Shown here one piece after another: positions 48,184 to 48,424 of a DNA stretch of 48,424 bases. The DNA is taken from positions 26,726,252-26,774,675 of the forward strand of contig JBOZIK010000001.1 of the NCBI GenBank assembly GCA_051453625.1, given 5' to 3'. The translations under genes and the position numbers were made by a program. This stretch comes from Welwitschia mirabilis (taxonomy: Eukaryota). The notes below the pieces were generated by a model. It was not told the DNA's origin. It made no database searches and saw nothing but the letters and a program-made list of their open reading frames with translations. Every line of letters starts with the position of its first letter. Within the stretch, counting starts at the first letter, position 1.

Positions 48184-48270
48184 TGTTGGGTCCTTTACCA
48201 TCACACCAAAAGCCATGACTTAGGTGGAAACTGGAACCCTTTATCTTTACTCGGGCTGGGCATGTGGACT
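48184..48270 (-). mobile_element. Second, inverted copy of the TRIM LTR (interrupted near its 5' end)
   Basis: TGTTGGGTCCTTTACCATCACACCAAAAGCCATGACTTAGGTGGAAACT...GGGCATGTG closely matches the reverse complement of the LTR at 45398-45497. Confidence 0.92.
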
Positions 48271-48424
48271 TGTCGGGCTGTGTAATCACGGTTCTTAGTT
48301 CCTTGCGTGATACTTGGGAGACTGTTCGCATTACCTTGATGACTGCCTCAGATACTATGCCGTGCCTGAATATTGTAATTTCAAAGATTCTAGATGCATA
48401 CAAGACTAGGGCTATTGAGTTTGT

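Noticed and set aside
1..48424. A novel multi-gene biological system
   Set aside because: Every recognisable coding segment is either ERCC1 or a decayed retroelement of a known class; there is no intact unknown ORF of meaningful length.

Overview
Eukaryotic land-plant genomic DNA: very AT-rich, dense in transposons, from a draft assembly with many N gaps. The only host gene is ERCC1 (nucleotide-excision-repair endonuclease subunit) on the + strand. I reconstructed five coding exons by hand (28216-28481, 28579-28639, 43646-43749, 46092-46191, 46304-46380); all have GT-AG junctions with matching phases, and the rest of the gene lies beyond the window. Upstream (1-27 kb) are decayed elements: an Athila-type Gypsy (- strand), a Sirevirus-like LTR, and a 1.8-kb tandem duplication whose second copy carries a full-length L1 LINE with a target-site duplication (TSD). 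The 15-kb second intron holds a Tnt1/Tork-like Copia, an older Copia remnant and a Sirevirus-like solo LTR. Intron 3 holds a complete 306-bp TRIM, and an inverted copy of its LTR lies in intron 5, so the pair brackets exons 4-5 (177 nt, frame-neutral). That arrangement is the most interesting hypothesis here. I see no evidence for a new protein-coding system. All calls come from reading motifs by eye; no alignments or database searches were run.
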